A program made the position numbers and the translations under genes. Shown here piece by piece: positions 11,186 through 20,499 of a DNA stretch of 64,000 bases. The notes beneath the pieces are model-generated. The model had not been told where the DNA came from. It searched no databases and saw only the letters and a list, made by a program, of their open reading frames with translations. This stretch comes from an uncultured Clostridia bacterium (GTDB lineage Bacteria > Bacillota > Clostridia > TANB77 > CAG-508). Position 1 is the stretch's first letter, and each line of letters opens with the position of its first letter. The DNA lies in NCBI GenBank assembly GCA_948976265.1, contig CARFUA010000007.1:3366-67365 (forward strand), read 5' to 3'.

Positions 11186-11878
11186 ATGTCAAATATTGTA
11201 ATTGGAATTGAAGGTTTGGTGGGAAGTGGTAAAACGAGTATTTGTCGAGAATTGTTGAACAAGATTCCTAATTCCGTGTTGGTAAATGCTGGAAATTTAT
11301 ATCGTGCAATTGTCTATAAAATGCTAAAAAATGGGAATACTATAGCTAGCTTAAAAAAAACTGGTAAAAAACTAGAAATTCGAGAAATGATAGAGAAGTT
11401 ACAACTTGAAATAAAACTTGAGAATCGTGAAACGGTAGTTTATGCTAATGGCGAGAAAATTCCAGAAGAAGTTTTGCAATCAAAAGAAACTTCTTTGGCG
11501 GTTTCAGAAGTGAGTCGTACGGCAGAAAATCAGGCAGCTTTTTTGTTTGTGCATGATTTAATCGAAGATTTAAAAAAAGAGTATCATGTTATTTTTTCAG
11601 GAAGAGCAATTATGAAAATTTATCCTGCTTGTAATTATCATTTTTTTGTGATTGCAGATTTAGCGGAAAGAGTTCGTAGAAAATGTATGCAATATCACAA
11701 TCAAGAAAAAGAAGAAGTTGTTCGAAATAATATTATGCAAAGAGATGCATTGCAGGAAAAAAGTGGATTCTATGAATACAGTCCGATTACTATGGAAATC
11801 GATGTAACCGATTGTAAAAGTGTGGAAGAATCCACGCATCGAGTTCTACAAAAGATTAAGATATTGGAAATTGTATAA
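11186..11878 (+). CDS. cmk: cytidylate kinase-like P-loop kinase
   Basis: GIEGLVGSGKTS P-loop and NAGNLYRAI (compare DTGAMYRA). RBS GGAGA before the ATG at 11186. Confidence 0.6.
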   Translation: MSNIVIGIEGLVGSGKTSICRELLNKIPNSVLVNAGNLYRAIVYKMLKNGNTIASLKKTGKKLEIREMIEKLQLEIKLENRETVVYANGEKIPEEVLQSKETSLAVSEVSRTAENQAAFLFVHDLIEDLKKEYHVIFSGRAIMKIYPACNYHFFVIADLAERVRRKCMQYHNQEKEEVVRNNIMQRDALQEKSGFYEYSPITMEIDVTDCKSVEESTHRVLQKIKILEIV

Positions 11879-11898
11879 AGAAAAGGAGACGAAGTAGA

Positions 11899-13311
11899 AT
11901 GGAATATAGCAATGAAAAATTAATAGAATTTAATCAATATTTGTCAGGCAGAAAAGTGGCTGTAATTGGATTGGGCGTTAGTAATTTGCCGTTAATTGAT
12001 TATTTGTATGAATTAAAGGCACATGTAACGGTGTTTGATAAAACTGATGTAAAAGATTTGAATCGAACCGTCATTCGAAAAATCACTAATTATGGAATGG
12101 GCATGTCTTTTGGTGAAAATTATTTAGAAGAATTAGTAGGATTTGATATTATTTTCCGTTCACCAAGCTGTTTACCGACTACACCAGAGTTAATTGCAGA
12201 AGCTCAAAGAGGTGCTATTATTACAACAGAAATTGAAATGGTAATTGAATTATGTCCTGGAAAAGTCATCGGAATTACTGGAAGTGACGGAAAAACAACC
12301 ACCACAACTTTAATTTCTGAAATTTTAAAAGCCAAAGAATATAACGTTTTTTTGGGCGGAAATATTGGAACACCACTTTTTACAAAGATTTCAGAAATGA
12401 CGCCAGAAGATATTGTGGTACTTGAAATGAGCAGTTTTCAATTAATGGATATGAAAATCAGTCCACACATTGCGGTAATCACCAATATTACACCAAATCA
12501 TTTGGATAAACATAGTGATATGGAAGAATATATCGAAGCCAAAAAAAATATTTTTAAATACCAAGATGAAACGGGTCTTTTGATACTAAATTATGATAAT
12601 GAAATCACCAAAAGCTTCGAATCAGAGGCACCAGGAAGAGTGATGTTTTTTAGTAGTAAAAATAAAATTCCAAATGGCTATATTATTGATGATAACAAAA
12701 TAAAATATTGTGAAAATGGATTAAGAAGTCATATTTTAGACACGAAAGAAATGAAAATTCGTGGTACACACAATTTCGAAAATGCAGCAGCAGCGATGAT
12801 TGCTACCAAAGATTTTGTAGATACCAACACAGCTTGTGAAACGATTTTGAACTTTAAAGGAGTAGAACATCGTTTAGAGTTGGTGTTAGAAACAAAGGAG
12901 CGAATCAAATGGTATAATGATTCGGTTAGTTCTAGTCCAACGCGAACCATAGCTGGTTTAAATGCTTTTTCTTTGCGCAATATTATTTTAATTGCAGGTG
13001 GATACGACAAAAATCTAGATTACACACCACTTGCTAAACCAATCATTGAAAATTGCAAAGAATTGATTTTATTGGGCGCTACAAGTCAAAAAATAGAAAA
13101 AGCTGTAAAAGAAGAACTAAAAAATCAGAACAAGAAAATGAAAATTCACAAATGTATGGATTTAAGAGAAACAGTCGAAAAGGCAAAAGAAATTGCGGTG
13201 CAAGGAGATATTGTGTTATTTTCACCAGCAAGTGCTAGTTTTGATATGTTTAAAAATTTTGCAGAACGTGGAAAATTGTTTAAGAAATATGTAAAAGAAA
13301 TTGCTAAATAA
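11899..13311 (+). CDS. murD: UDP-N-acetylmuramoylalanine--D-glutamate ligase
   Basis: 470 aa with GITGSDGKTTTTTL Mur-ligase P-loop and typical MurD N-terminal Rossmann domain. Confidence 0.9.
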   Translation: MEYSNEKLIEFNQYLSGRKVAVIGLGVSNLPLIDYLYELKAHVTVFDKTDVKDLNRTVIRKITNYGMGMSFGENYLEELVGFDIIFRSPSCLPTTPELIAEAQRGAIITTEIEMVIELCPGKVIGITGSDGKTTTTTLISEILKAKEYNVFLGGNIGTPLFTKISEMTPEDIVVLEMSSFQLMDMKISPHIAVITNITPNHLDKHSDMEEYIEAKKNIFKYQDETGLLILNYDNEITKSFESEAPGRVMFFSSKNKIPNGYIIDDNKIKYCENGLRSHILDTKEMKIRGTHNFENAAAAMIATKDFVDTNTACETILNFKGVEHRLELVLETKERIKWYNDSVSSSPTRTIAGLNAFSLRNIILIAGGYDKNLDYTPLAKPIIENCKELILLGATSQKIEKAVKEELKNQNKKMKIHKCMDLRETVEKAKEIAVQGDIVLFSPASASFDMFKNFAERGKLFKKYVKEIAK

Positions 13312-13332
13312 AAAAGAAAGAAGCACATATGG

Positions 13333-13680
13333 TCAGAATATGTGCTTTCTATTTTTTATTTCGATTTTTTCTTGAATTGCTTCTTTTTTAATTCTTTTCG
13401 CAAGCATCCTACGGTTTTTCTCTTTTGGAGCTTCCTTATATAACTTCATACAAAGATAAAAACCGAAGTGAGCAAACAGGTGCTCCAAATCTGTTATACT
13501 TACATGGTGAAAAAGTAACTTTTTCCCTTGATAAATATTGAAAACAGTTTCTTTTTCTTGATTGTTTCTGACTACCTCATCTTTTGTAAAATGAATTCCT
13601 AAAAAATCTTTGATTTCCTCTTCAGAAATCTTCTTTGCTAATTCCTGAATCCAAGAAATCCGATCGCTATGTCTACCCAT
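13333..13680 (-). CDS. hypothetical protein (115 aa)
   Basis: RBS AGGAGG before the ATG at 13680 (MGRHSDRISW..). Own consensus promoter (TTGACA-17-TATAAT, about 13790-13822) and a ~110-nt hairpin-containing leader. Confidence 0.55.
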   Translation of the reverse strand: MGRHSDRISWIQELAKKISEEEIKDFLGIHFTKDEVVRNNQEKETVFNIYQGKKLLFHHVSITDLEHLFAHFGFYLCMKLYKEAPKEKNRRMLAKRIKKEAIQEKIEIKNRKHIF

Positions 13681-13849
13681 TTTTCCTTTCCTCCTACAAA
13701 TCAACACTTGTGACTGACCACCACAAGTAACAAAGGTTTCTGTAGAAGAATTGTTCTTCTACTATGTGCAGTATTATTACAACGCTAATATATTATATAG
13801 CAATTTTAAGAAAATGTCAATTCTAAGCTGACATATTTTTTTATTGCTA

Positions 13850-13878
13850 TTGACAATTATGAATTCATGTATTATAAT
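13850..13878 (+). promoter_or_regulatory. thrS promoter
   Basis: TTGACA (13850-55), 17-nt spacer, TATAAT (13873-78). Confidence 0.7.
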
Positions 13879-13884
13879 CAAACT

Positions 13885-14113
13885 ATAAACGATGAAAAGG
13901 AAAAGTAGGATAAAGGTTATTAACAGAGAGGATTAGTCATCGGCTGAAAGCTAATCTTAAAAAACGTATCTCGAAAAACTACCTTGGAGTTTCTATTCGA
14001 AAGAGTAGCGTGTGAGCCACGATAAAGGCTTGAAATTGAGTTAAAATTAGGATGGAACCGTGTATTTTAGCACTCCTATAGACAATTTGTCTATAAGAGT
14101 GTTTTGTTTTTTT
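13885..14113 (+). promoter_or_regulatory. T-box leader (threonine specifier)
   Basis: AGAGA and GNTGA-like boxes, specifier region aaaACTACCttgg (Thr ACU/ACC, 13978-83), T-box AAATTAGGATGGAACCGTG (14044-62), and terminator cactcctatagac/gtctataagagtg plus T-run (14071-14113). Confidence 0.85.
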
Positions 14114-14149
14114 ATAGACAGATACAAAATAAAAAAGGAGGAAAGAATT

Positions 14150-15910
14150 ATGTTTAAAATCAAATTAGGTGGCGGAAAGACAACTGATGTGGAGCAAAGT
14201 ATGTATTGGCATACCACTTCTCATATTTTAGCACAAGCTGTAAAACGCTTATTTCCAAAAGCAAAGTTAGCCATTGGTCCAGCGATTGAAAATGGATTTT
14301 ATTATGATTTCGATGTCGAAAAACCGTTTTCAGAAGAGGATTTGGCAAAATTAGAAGAGGAAATGAAAAAAATTATCAAAGAAAATTGTGATCTTGAAAG
14401 ATTTGAACTTCCAAGAGAAGAAGCAATCAAGCTAATGAAAGAGAGAAAAGAACCTTACAAAGTAGAATTAATTGAAGATTTATCAGATGGAGAAGTGATT
14501 TCTTTTTATAAACAGGGCGATTTCACAGACCTTTGTAGAGGTCCACATTTGCCATCGACTGGATGCGTGAAAGCAATAAAATTATTATCGTCTTCTGGAG
14601 CATATTGGAGAGGTGATGAGCATAATAAAATGCTACAAAGAATTTATGGAATCTCGTTTCCAAAGGCAAGTGAGTTGGAAGAATATTTGAATATGATAGA
14701 AGAAGCTAAGAAACGAGATCATAGAAAATTAGGAAAAGAATTGGATTTATTTTTCTTTGATGAAACAGCACCAGGAATGGCTTATTGGATGCCAAAAGGC
14801 TTTAAAATGATGAATATATTAATTGATTTTTGGAGAAAAGAACATGAAAAACGAGGATATTTAGAATTTTCTGGACCACAATTAAACAATAGCGATTTAT
14901 GGAAAACTTCAGGTCATTGGGAGCACTATAAAGAAGATATGTTTGTTTTAACTGATTCAGATGGAAAAGAGCAAGCATTAAAACCAATGAATTGTCCCAA
15001 TGCAATCAAAATATTTGCTTCAAAATTAAGGAGTTATAAGGATTTACCTTTGCGTTTTAATGATATTGATGTTATTCATAGAAATGAAAAATCAGGACAA
15101 TTAAATGGTTTGTTCAGAGTGAGAATGTTCCGACAAGATGATGCTCATAATTTCATTACAGAAGAGCAAATTGGTAATGAAATAAAAGATATTATTGAAA
15201 TTGCAAAACAGTTATATGGCGTTTTTGGATTAGATTTCAAAATTACTTTGTCAACAAGACCAGATGATTTTATGGGGGAATTAGAAGTTTGGAATCAAGC
15301 AGAAAGTGATTTAAGAACTGTTTTGGATGAAATATGTGGAGTTGGAGAATATGATGTTAATGAAGGAGATGGCGCTTTTTATGGACCAAAGATTGATATT
15401 CAAATGAAAGACTGTTTAGGAAGAAAATGGCAAATGGGAACTATTCAATTAGATTTTCAATTACCACAAAGATTCAATCTTCATTATATTGATTCAAATG
15501 GAGATAAAAAAGTCCCTGTACTTGTTCACAGAGCAATATTTGGTTCATTTGACCGTTTCATTGGAATTATTACTGAACATTTTGCAGGAGCTTTTCCAAC
15601 TTGGCTTGCGCCAGTTCAAGTAAAAGTGATGCCAATTTCAGATAACCAATTAAATTACGCTAAAGAAGTTGTAGGAAAATTGAAAGCAGAAGGAATTCGA
15701 GTAGAATTAGATGACAGGCAAGAAAAAATTGGTTACAAAATTCGTGAAGCACAACTCCAAAAAATTCCGTATATGTTAATTCTAGGGGAAAAAGAAGTAG
15801 AAGCTGAAAGTCTAGGCGTTCGTTCTAGAAAAGAAGGCGATATGGGCGCAATGAAAATGACAGAATTTATCGAAAAAATAAAAGATGAAATTGAAAATTA
15901 TATAAGATAA
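14150..15910 (+). CDS. thrS: threonine--tRNA ligase, short form without N-terminal TGS domain
   Basis: RBS AAGGAGG before the ATG at 14150. Starts almost directly at the editing-domain HTTSHILAQAV motif. Class II core and anticodon-binding domain present. Confidence 0.9.
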   Translation: MFKIKLGGGKTTDVEQSMYWHTTSHILAQAVKRLFPKAKLAIGPAIENGFYYDFDVEKPFSEEDLAKLEEEMKKIIKENCDLERFELPREEAIKLMKERKEPYKVELIEDLSDGEVISFYKQGDFTDLCRGPHLPSTGCVKAIKLLSSSGAYWRGDEHNKMLQRIYGISFPKASELEEYLNMIEEAKKRDHRKLGKELDLFFFDETAPGMAYWMPKGFKMMNILIDFWRKEHEKRGYLEFSGPQLNNSDLWKTSGHWEHYKEDMFVLTDSDGKEQALKPMNCPNAIKIFASKLRSYKDLPLRFNDIDVIHRNEKSGQLNGLFRVRMFRQDDAHNFITEEQIGNEIKDIIEIAKQLYGVFGLDFKITLSTRPDDFMGELEVWNQAESDLRTVLDEICGVGEYDVNEGDGAFYGPKIDIQMKDCLGRKWQMGTIQLDFQLPQRFNLHYIDSNGDKKVPVLVHRAIFGSFDRFIGIITEHFAGAFPTWLAPVQVKVMPISDNQLNYAKEVVGKLKAEGIRVELDDRQEKIGYKIREAQLQKIPYMLILGEKEVEAESLGVRSRKEGDMGAMKMTEFIEKIKDEIENYIR

Positions 15911-15985
15911 TAGTTTTAAATTTTAAGCATACTCCTTAAAATAGAACATACCATTAAAGTATGGAATCATTTTAAGGAGTTTTTT

Positions 15986-16747
15986 ATGTGTGTTATTAAT
16001 TTAGGAAAGTATAAAAAAGTATTGAAAGGAATAACAATTGTTTTAATATTTAGTTGTTTTTCTATTTTTGCCATTTCAAAAACGTTTGCTATGCAACATT
16101 ATTATAATGTTGATTTTTCAACCGGATTTGTTACGGCAACCACTTTGAATGTCAGAAGTGGACCGGGGACGGAATATCCAGTTATTGCAACGGTTAGGAA
16201 GAATGAATATATTCGTGTTTTTGCAGGAATTGGAAATTGGTATATTGTGCAAGTAGAAGGGGATTATATTGGAGCAGTTAGCCAAAAATATATCAAACCA
16301 ATTTATCCCAATTCCAACAACACAACAAACTCAAAACCAAAGCCAGAAGAAACAACAGCAAATCTTACAGCAGATGAACAAGAGGTTTTTAATCTCATCA
16401 ATCAGCAGAGGGCAAACAATGGATTATCGGCTTTAAAAATTGACAACGAAGTACAAAAAGTGGCGAAAATAAAAGCGCAAGATATGGTAACTGGCAATTA
16501 TTTTTCACACAATTCACCAACATATGGCTCACCATTTGATATGCTGAAAAGTTTTAAAGTGTCTTACCAAACAGCAGCTGAAAATATTGCAGGGAATTCA
16601 AGTAACAGTGCTGCTGTTACGGCTTGGATGAATTCGGCTGGGCATAAAGCAAATATTTTAAATGGTGCTTACAATTATACTGGAATTGGTGTGGTGAATA
16701 GTCCAACCTATGGAAAAGTTTATGTGCAGATGTTTGTTGGGAAATAA
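15986..16747 (+). CDS. secreted SH3b + CAP/SCP (YkwD-like) domain protein
   Basis: Signal/TM segment, SH3b (LNVRSGPGTEYPVIATV..), CAP domain (..SHNSPTYG..AENIA..WMNSAGHKANIL). Confidence 0.75.
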   Translation: MCVINLGKYKKVLKGITIVLIFSCFSIFAISKTFAMQHYYNVDFSTGFVTATTLNVRSGPGTEYPVIATVRKNEYIRVFAGIGNWYIVQVEGDYIGAVSQKYIKPIYPNSNNTTNSKPKPEETTANLTADEQEVFNLINQQRANNGLSALKIDNEVQKVAKIKAQDMVTGNYFSHNSPTYGSPFDMLKSFKVSYQTAAENIAGNSSNSAAVTAWMNSAGHKANILNGAYNYTGIGVVNSPTYGKVYVQMFVGK

Positions 16748-16773
16748 AAAATTTAATTTTTTTAGAAAATGTC

Positions 16774-16802
16774 TTGACAAAACTTTAAAAATAAATTATA
16801 AT
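16774..16802 (+). promoter_or_regulatory. orphan consensus promoter
   Basis: TTGACA (16774-79), 17-nt spacer, TATAAT (16797-802). No annotated gene follows. Confidence 0.6.
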
Positions 16803-16808
16803 AAATTT

Positions 16809-16960
16809 GTAACTGTCAACAAGACAAATGGAGGACTGAAATATGGTATATTATCAGATTCGGGCACCGGATTAGGCTAAGTTTCTTGTCAAAAAAACTA
16901 AATATAGCAAGCCTGATTCCATTGTGGTGAAAGAGGTAGGTTATCCTACCTCTTTCACTT
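16809..16960 (+). ncRNA. candidate small structured RNA or leader containing a 10-codon mini-ORF
   Basis: Downstream of the consensus promoter. GGAGGA-7nt-ATG mini-ORF 16843-16875 (MVYYQIRAPD*). Hairpin ggattaggct/agcctgattcc (16869-16920) and hairpin gaaagaggtagg/cctacctctttc (16929-16956). Confidence 0.3.
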
Positions 16961-17090
16961 ATTAATTGTAAGGAACTTATATGATATTATTACACAAAAG
17001 AGATAAGGGATTCATTAAAAGCGTGAGAGGGGGAGAAACGCTCTTTACGACGCTAACCTTTTTCACCACAATGAAATTCCTTAGAAGGAA

Positions 17091-17125
17091 GGTAGGACAC
17101 ATTTTTTTAAGTGTCCTTTCTTTTT
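17091..17125 (+). terminator. rho-independent terminator upstream of the fba promoter
   Basis: Stem aggacac/gtgtcct followed by ttcttttttt. TTGACA-17-TACAAT follows at about 17148-17176. Confidence 0.55.
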
Positions 17126-17209
17126 TTATATTTCTTCCAATTTCACTTGACATTCTCCGAATAACAACATACAATAAAAGCAATAATAATGATAAAGGAG
17201 GATAAAAAT

Positions 17210-18139
17210 ATGCCACTTGTAACAACAAAAGAAATGTTTGAAAAATCAATAAAGGAGCACTTTGCAATTGGTGCATTTAATATTAATAATATGGAGTTCA
17301 TTCAAGCCATTACAGAGGCTGCTGATGAAGCAAAATCGCCTGTTATTTTGCAAGTTTCTTCAGGTGCCATTAAATATGCTAAAATGAATTATTTGATTAA
17401 AATGGTGGAAGCTGCTGTGAAAGAAACCAATATTCCTATTGCACTTCATTTAGACCATGGACCAGATTTCGAAACTTGTAAAATGTGTATTGATAGCGGT
17501 TTTACATCGGTTATGATTGACGGTTCAAAATATGATTTTGAGGAGAATGTTGCTATCACGAAAAAAGTTGTAGAATATGCACATAGTAAAGGGGTTGTTG
17601 TAGAAGCAGAACTTGGAAAATTAGCAGGAGTTGAAGACGATGTTAATGTTTCAGAAGATGATGCGCGTTATACAGACCCTGACCAAGCCAAAGAATTTGT
17701 CGAAAGAACAGGTTGCGATTCTTTAGCCATTGCTATTGGAACTAGTCATGGTGCTTATAAATTTAAGGGAGATGCCAAATTAAGATTTGACATTTTGGCA
17801 AAAATCAAAGAACAATTGCCTGATACACCAATTGTTTTACATGGCGCTTCTTCTGTTGTACCAGAGTTAGTAGAAATGTGCAATCAAAATGGTGGAGATA
17901 TTCCAGGTGCTAAAGGTTGCCCAGATGAAATGTTAAAACAAGCAGGGGAAACAGGCGTTTCAAAAATCAATGTCGATACTGATTTGAGATTAGCAATGAC
18001 AGCTCAAGTAAGACGTGTATTTAAAGAGGAACCATCTGTTTTTGACCCACGTAAATATTTAGGAGCGGCACGTGACGAAATCAAAAAAACGGTTGCCCAT
18101 AAAATCACAGATGTGTTCTGTTCCGCTAATAAAGCGTAA
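17210..18139 (+). CDS. fba: class II fructose-1,6-bisphosphate aldolase
   Basis: RBS AAGGAGG before the ATG at 17210. LHLDHG, GTSHGAYKF and LHGASS motifs. Confidence 0.9.
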   Translation: MPLVTTKEMFEKSIKEHFAIGAFNINNMEFIQAITEAADEAKSPVILQVSSGAIKYAKMNYLIKMVEAAVKETNIPIALHLDHGPDFETCKMCIDSGFTSVMIDGSKYDFEENVAITKKVVEYAHSKGVVVEAELGKLAGVEDDVNVSEDDARYTDPDQAKEFVERTGCDSLAIAIGTSHGAYKFKGDAKLRFDILAKIKEQLPDTPIVLHGASSVVPELVEMCNQNGGDIPGAKGCPDEMLKQAGETGVSKINVDTDLRLAMTAQVRRVFKEEPSVFDPRKYLGAARDEIKKTVAHKITDVFCSANKA

Positions 18140-18176
18140 ATGTAGAATAATGTCGAGAAAAAGAAATGGAAATTTA

Positions 18177-18205
18177 TTGACATAATGACAAAATGATGCT
18201 ATAAT
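18177..18205 (+). promoter_or_regulatory. consensus promoter of candidate antisense sRNA
   Basis: TTGACA (18177-82), 17-nt spacer, TATAAT (18200-05). Confidence 0.5.
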
Positions 18206-18211
18206 CATTTT

Positions 18212-18275
18212 AGCGAAAGCAAAAAGGTGCATAAATCATCAAAAAAAGCCAGAAGAGGTGGTCTTCTGGCTTTTT
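18212..18275 (+). ncRNA. candidate ~65-nt sRNA (putative antitoxin RNA)
   Basis: Runs from the consensus promoter to the terminator. Nt 18221-18240 are complementary to the RBS/start region of the convergent mini-ORF mRNA. Confidence 0.3.
18248..18275. terminator. bidirectional rho-independent terminator
   Basis: gccagaaga/tcttctggc stem flanked by A7 (18241-47) and T5 (18271-75). Serves fba/sRNA on + and the mini-ORF on -. Confidence 0.7.
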
Positions 18276-18283
18276 GTTGTCTG

Positions 18284-18346
18284 CTATTTCATTAAAGCAA
18301 GTATTGCAATAATAATCATAGCAACGACTCTTATGAAAAGGTGCAA
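18284..18346 (-). CDS. 20-aa hydrophobic peptide, candidate type I toxin
   Basis: Below the ORF-track cutoff. RBS GGAAGGTGGTGA (18352-63), 5 nt, then TTG. Peptide (M)HLFIRVVAMIIIAILALMK. Own promoter TTGACT-18-TATAAT (18404-18433, minus strand). Confidence 0.35.
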   Translation of the reverse strand: MHLFIRVVAMIIIAILALMK

Positions 18347-18457
18347 TAAAATCACCACCTTCCTGCCTTAGAATAATTTATGTATGACAAAAAAGGCAAA
18401 ATAATTATACTACATACGTAAAAGAAAAGTCAATACTCTATTTTAGAAAAATTGCAA

Positions 18458-20116
18458 TTATTTTACAATCATAGTTTTATAGTGTGTATAAATCACTAAT
18501 CCAGGCTTTGCGCCAGGTGATTTTTTGACATATTTGGCTAAGCAAAAGTCGACAGGAACATTGGAACTAAATTTTCCTTTGCTATTTTCCTTAGCAAGTG
18601 TAGCACAAGCTAACAGGACATTTTCTGGAATGTCAAGATTTTCCGGATTACGAAGAAGGACATGACTGCCATGTATTTTTTGCGTATGAAACCAAATATC
18701 TTGCTTGTTGGCAAATTTTAAACTTAAATAATCATTTTGCACGTTATTTTTTCCAACATAGACGGTAAATCCATCGACCAAAACACTTTGCAAAGCGATT
18801 TCTTTCGAATTCTTTTTGGAAGGTCCCTTATTTTTTTGCTTTTTCAACACTTCTTTTTTCGTAATAATATTTTCCGATATTTCAGAATATACATCTGCAA
18901 TATCTTCCACAGATTTGGCATTTTCTAAAGAAAAAACAATGCTTTCAATATAATCCAATTCTTTTTCAGTTTCTTTTTTTTGTTCTGTGACAATGTGAAG
19001 TGCGTTTTTTAGTTTGTTATATTTTTTAAAATATTTCTCAATATTTTTTTGGATATTAATTTTTTGGTCAAGCGGAATGGTAAGTGGTGAGTTGTTATCG
19101 TAATAATTTTGTAAAGTGATTTGTGATAAATTCTCATGCGAATTGATGTTATAAAGATTGGCAGTTAGAAGTTCACCATATATTTTATAGGTATCCATAG
19201 AATCACACTCTCGCAATTTTTCTTGGATATTTTGTAGCTTTTTATAGACTTTTTTTAGATTTCCTGAAACAATACGAAGTAAATTGTTTCGAGAAGAGAT
19301 AAAAATGGATGTTTGTTCTTTTTCGAAATAGATTTGGTCTAAAGCTTCATTAATAGAAATTGTAGCATCCATTAAAGTAATCGCATAATCATTGTCATTT
19401 TCTTGTACAGTTATCTGATTTGTTCCAAAACAAGCGAAAAGGGAATGGAGCCAATGGTATAGTTTTTCCAAATCAGAAGGTGAATAATGAATCGGATGAA
19501 TGGATAACTTGTCTAAAGTGTAGTTTACAAAGGTTTTGCTAAAACCAATCCAAGTGTTTGGTAAAATGATTGATAAATTTTGCCCGTTTACTAGTTTTTT
19601 AAATTCGGTTACATTTTCTAATGCCATAAAACTTTGTTTCGTAATTTTGGCATATTCAAATGGATGCGCTGGAAGACTATTTTCGAAATGTTTAAGAGAA
19701 TCCAAAATGATGTTATTTTCATTTGTTAAAATAATATTGCTTTGTCTACTCATGATTTGGATGAAAAGTTTGCGAATCACCAAATCATTTAATTCATTGT
19801 AACAGGCAAATTTGATTTGTACAGTTCGCTCTAAATCGTAATTGGAAATGTCAATGATTTTTCCGCCGATTAAATATTTTCTAAGAAGCATACAAAAATT
19901 GGGTGCATTTTGGGGATTGGGTTTTGGATGATTTGTTAAATGAATTCGACAATAATCTGGATTAGCTGATAGGAGTAGGGTATAATTTGTTTTATGATAA
20001 ATATTTAAAATAATTTCATGTTTTGTGGGTTGAAAAACCTTATTAATTTTTCCACCAATTAAACATTGCTGTAATTCTGAAATGACAGCTTTTGTGGTTA
20101 TTCCATCGAATGCCAT
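18458..20116 (-). CDS. rqcH: NFACT-family ribosome quality-control protein (FbpA/RqcH-like)
   Basis: MAFDGITTKAVISEL NFACT-N start, central coiled coil, C-terminal DUF814-like (..DIWFHTQKIHGSHVLL..). Confidence 0.8.
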   Translation of the reverse strand: MAFDGITTKAVISELQQCLIGGKINKVFQPTKHEIILNIYHKTNYTLLLSANPDYCRIHLTNHPKPNPQNAPNFCMLLRKYLIGGKIIDISNYDLERTVQIKFACYNELNDLVIRKLFIQIMSRQSNIILTNENNIILDSLKHFENSLPAHPFEYAKITKQSFMALENVTEFKKLVNGQNLSIILPNTWIGFSKTFVNYTLDKLSIHPIHYSPSDLEKLYHWLHSLFACFGTNQITVQENDNDYAITLMDATISINEALDQIYFEKEQTSIFISSRNNLLRIVSGNLKKVYKKLQNIQEKLRECDSMDTYKIYGELLTANLYNINSHENLSQITLQNYYDNNSPLTIPLDQKINIQKNIEKYFKKYNKLKNALHIVTEQKKETEKELDYIESIVFSLENAKSVEDIADVYSEISENIITKKEVLKKQKNKGPSKKNSKEIALQSVLVDGFTVYVGKNNVQNDYLSLKFANKQDIWFHTQKIHGSHVLLRNPENLDIPENVLLACATLAKENSKGKFSSNVPVDFCLAKYVKKSPGAKPGLVIYTHYKTMIVK

Positions 20117-20225
20117 GCGCATCTCCTTTCAATTTTGTTTGTGTGTTTTAGTATTATACTATAATTTTACGTAAAATTCAATTGGTATATAAAAAAACAT
20201 TGAACTTTATGGTTCAATGTTTTTT

Positions 20226-20308
20226 TGGTGCTGATGGTCGGACTCGAACCGACATGGTTTCCCGCAGCATTTTGAGTGCTGTGCGTCTGCCAATTTCGCC
20301 ACATCAGC
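20226..20308 (-). tRNA. tRNA-Leu(CAA)
   Basis: Reverse complement is GCTGATG..CAGCA-CTCAAAA-TGCTG..long variable arm..GGTTCGAGTCC..CATCAGCACCA. Confidence 0.9.
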
Positions 20309-20499
20309 ATGATTTAAAATTCAAACGTCTTCTTTATCTTAACACAAATTTTTTTACTTGTCTATATTTTTTTGATATTTTTTTGAATTATTTTTATTTT
20401 TTATAAATCATCAAATTAAATCTGGAAATGCCGCTGGATTTTTCTCTTGTAAAATCTCAAACTTTATGATATGCTATTTTTTAACAGGAGGCAAACCAA

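Noticed and set aside
16884-16905. preQ1-riboswitch-like tail (caAAAAAACTAAat).
   Set aside because: No matching P1/P2 pseudoknot partners are present, and the downstream context (fba with its own promoter) does not fit queuosine biology.
16981-17205. 74-aa ORF (and the antisense 99-aa ORF 16977-17276) in the fba upstream region.
   Set aside because: The ORF reads through a terminator hairpin with T-run, the fba promoter and the fba RBS. Its hydrophobicity comes from T-rich regulatory DNA, and it has only a weak AAGGA RBS.
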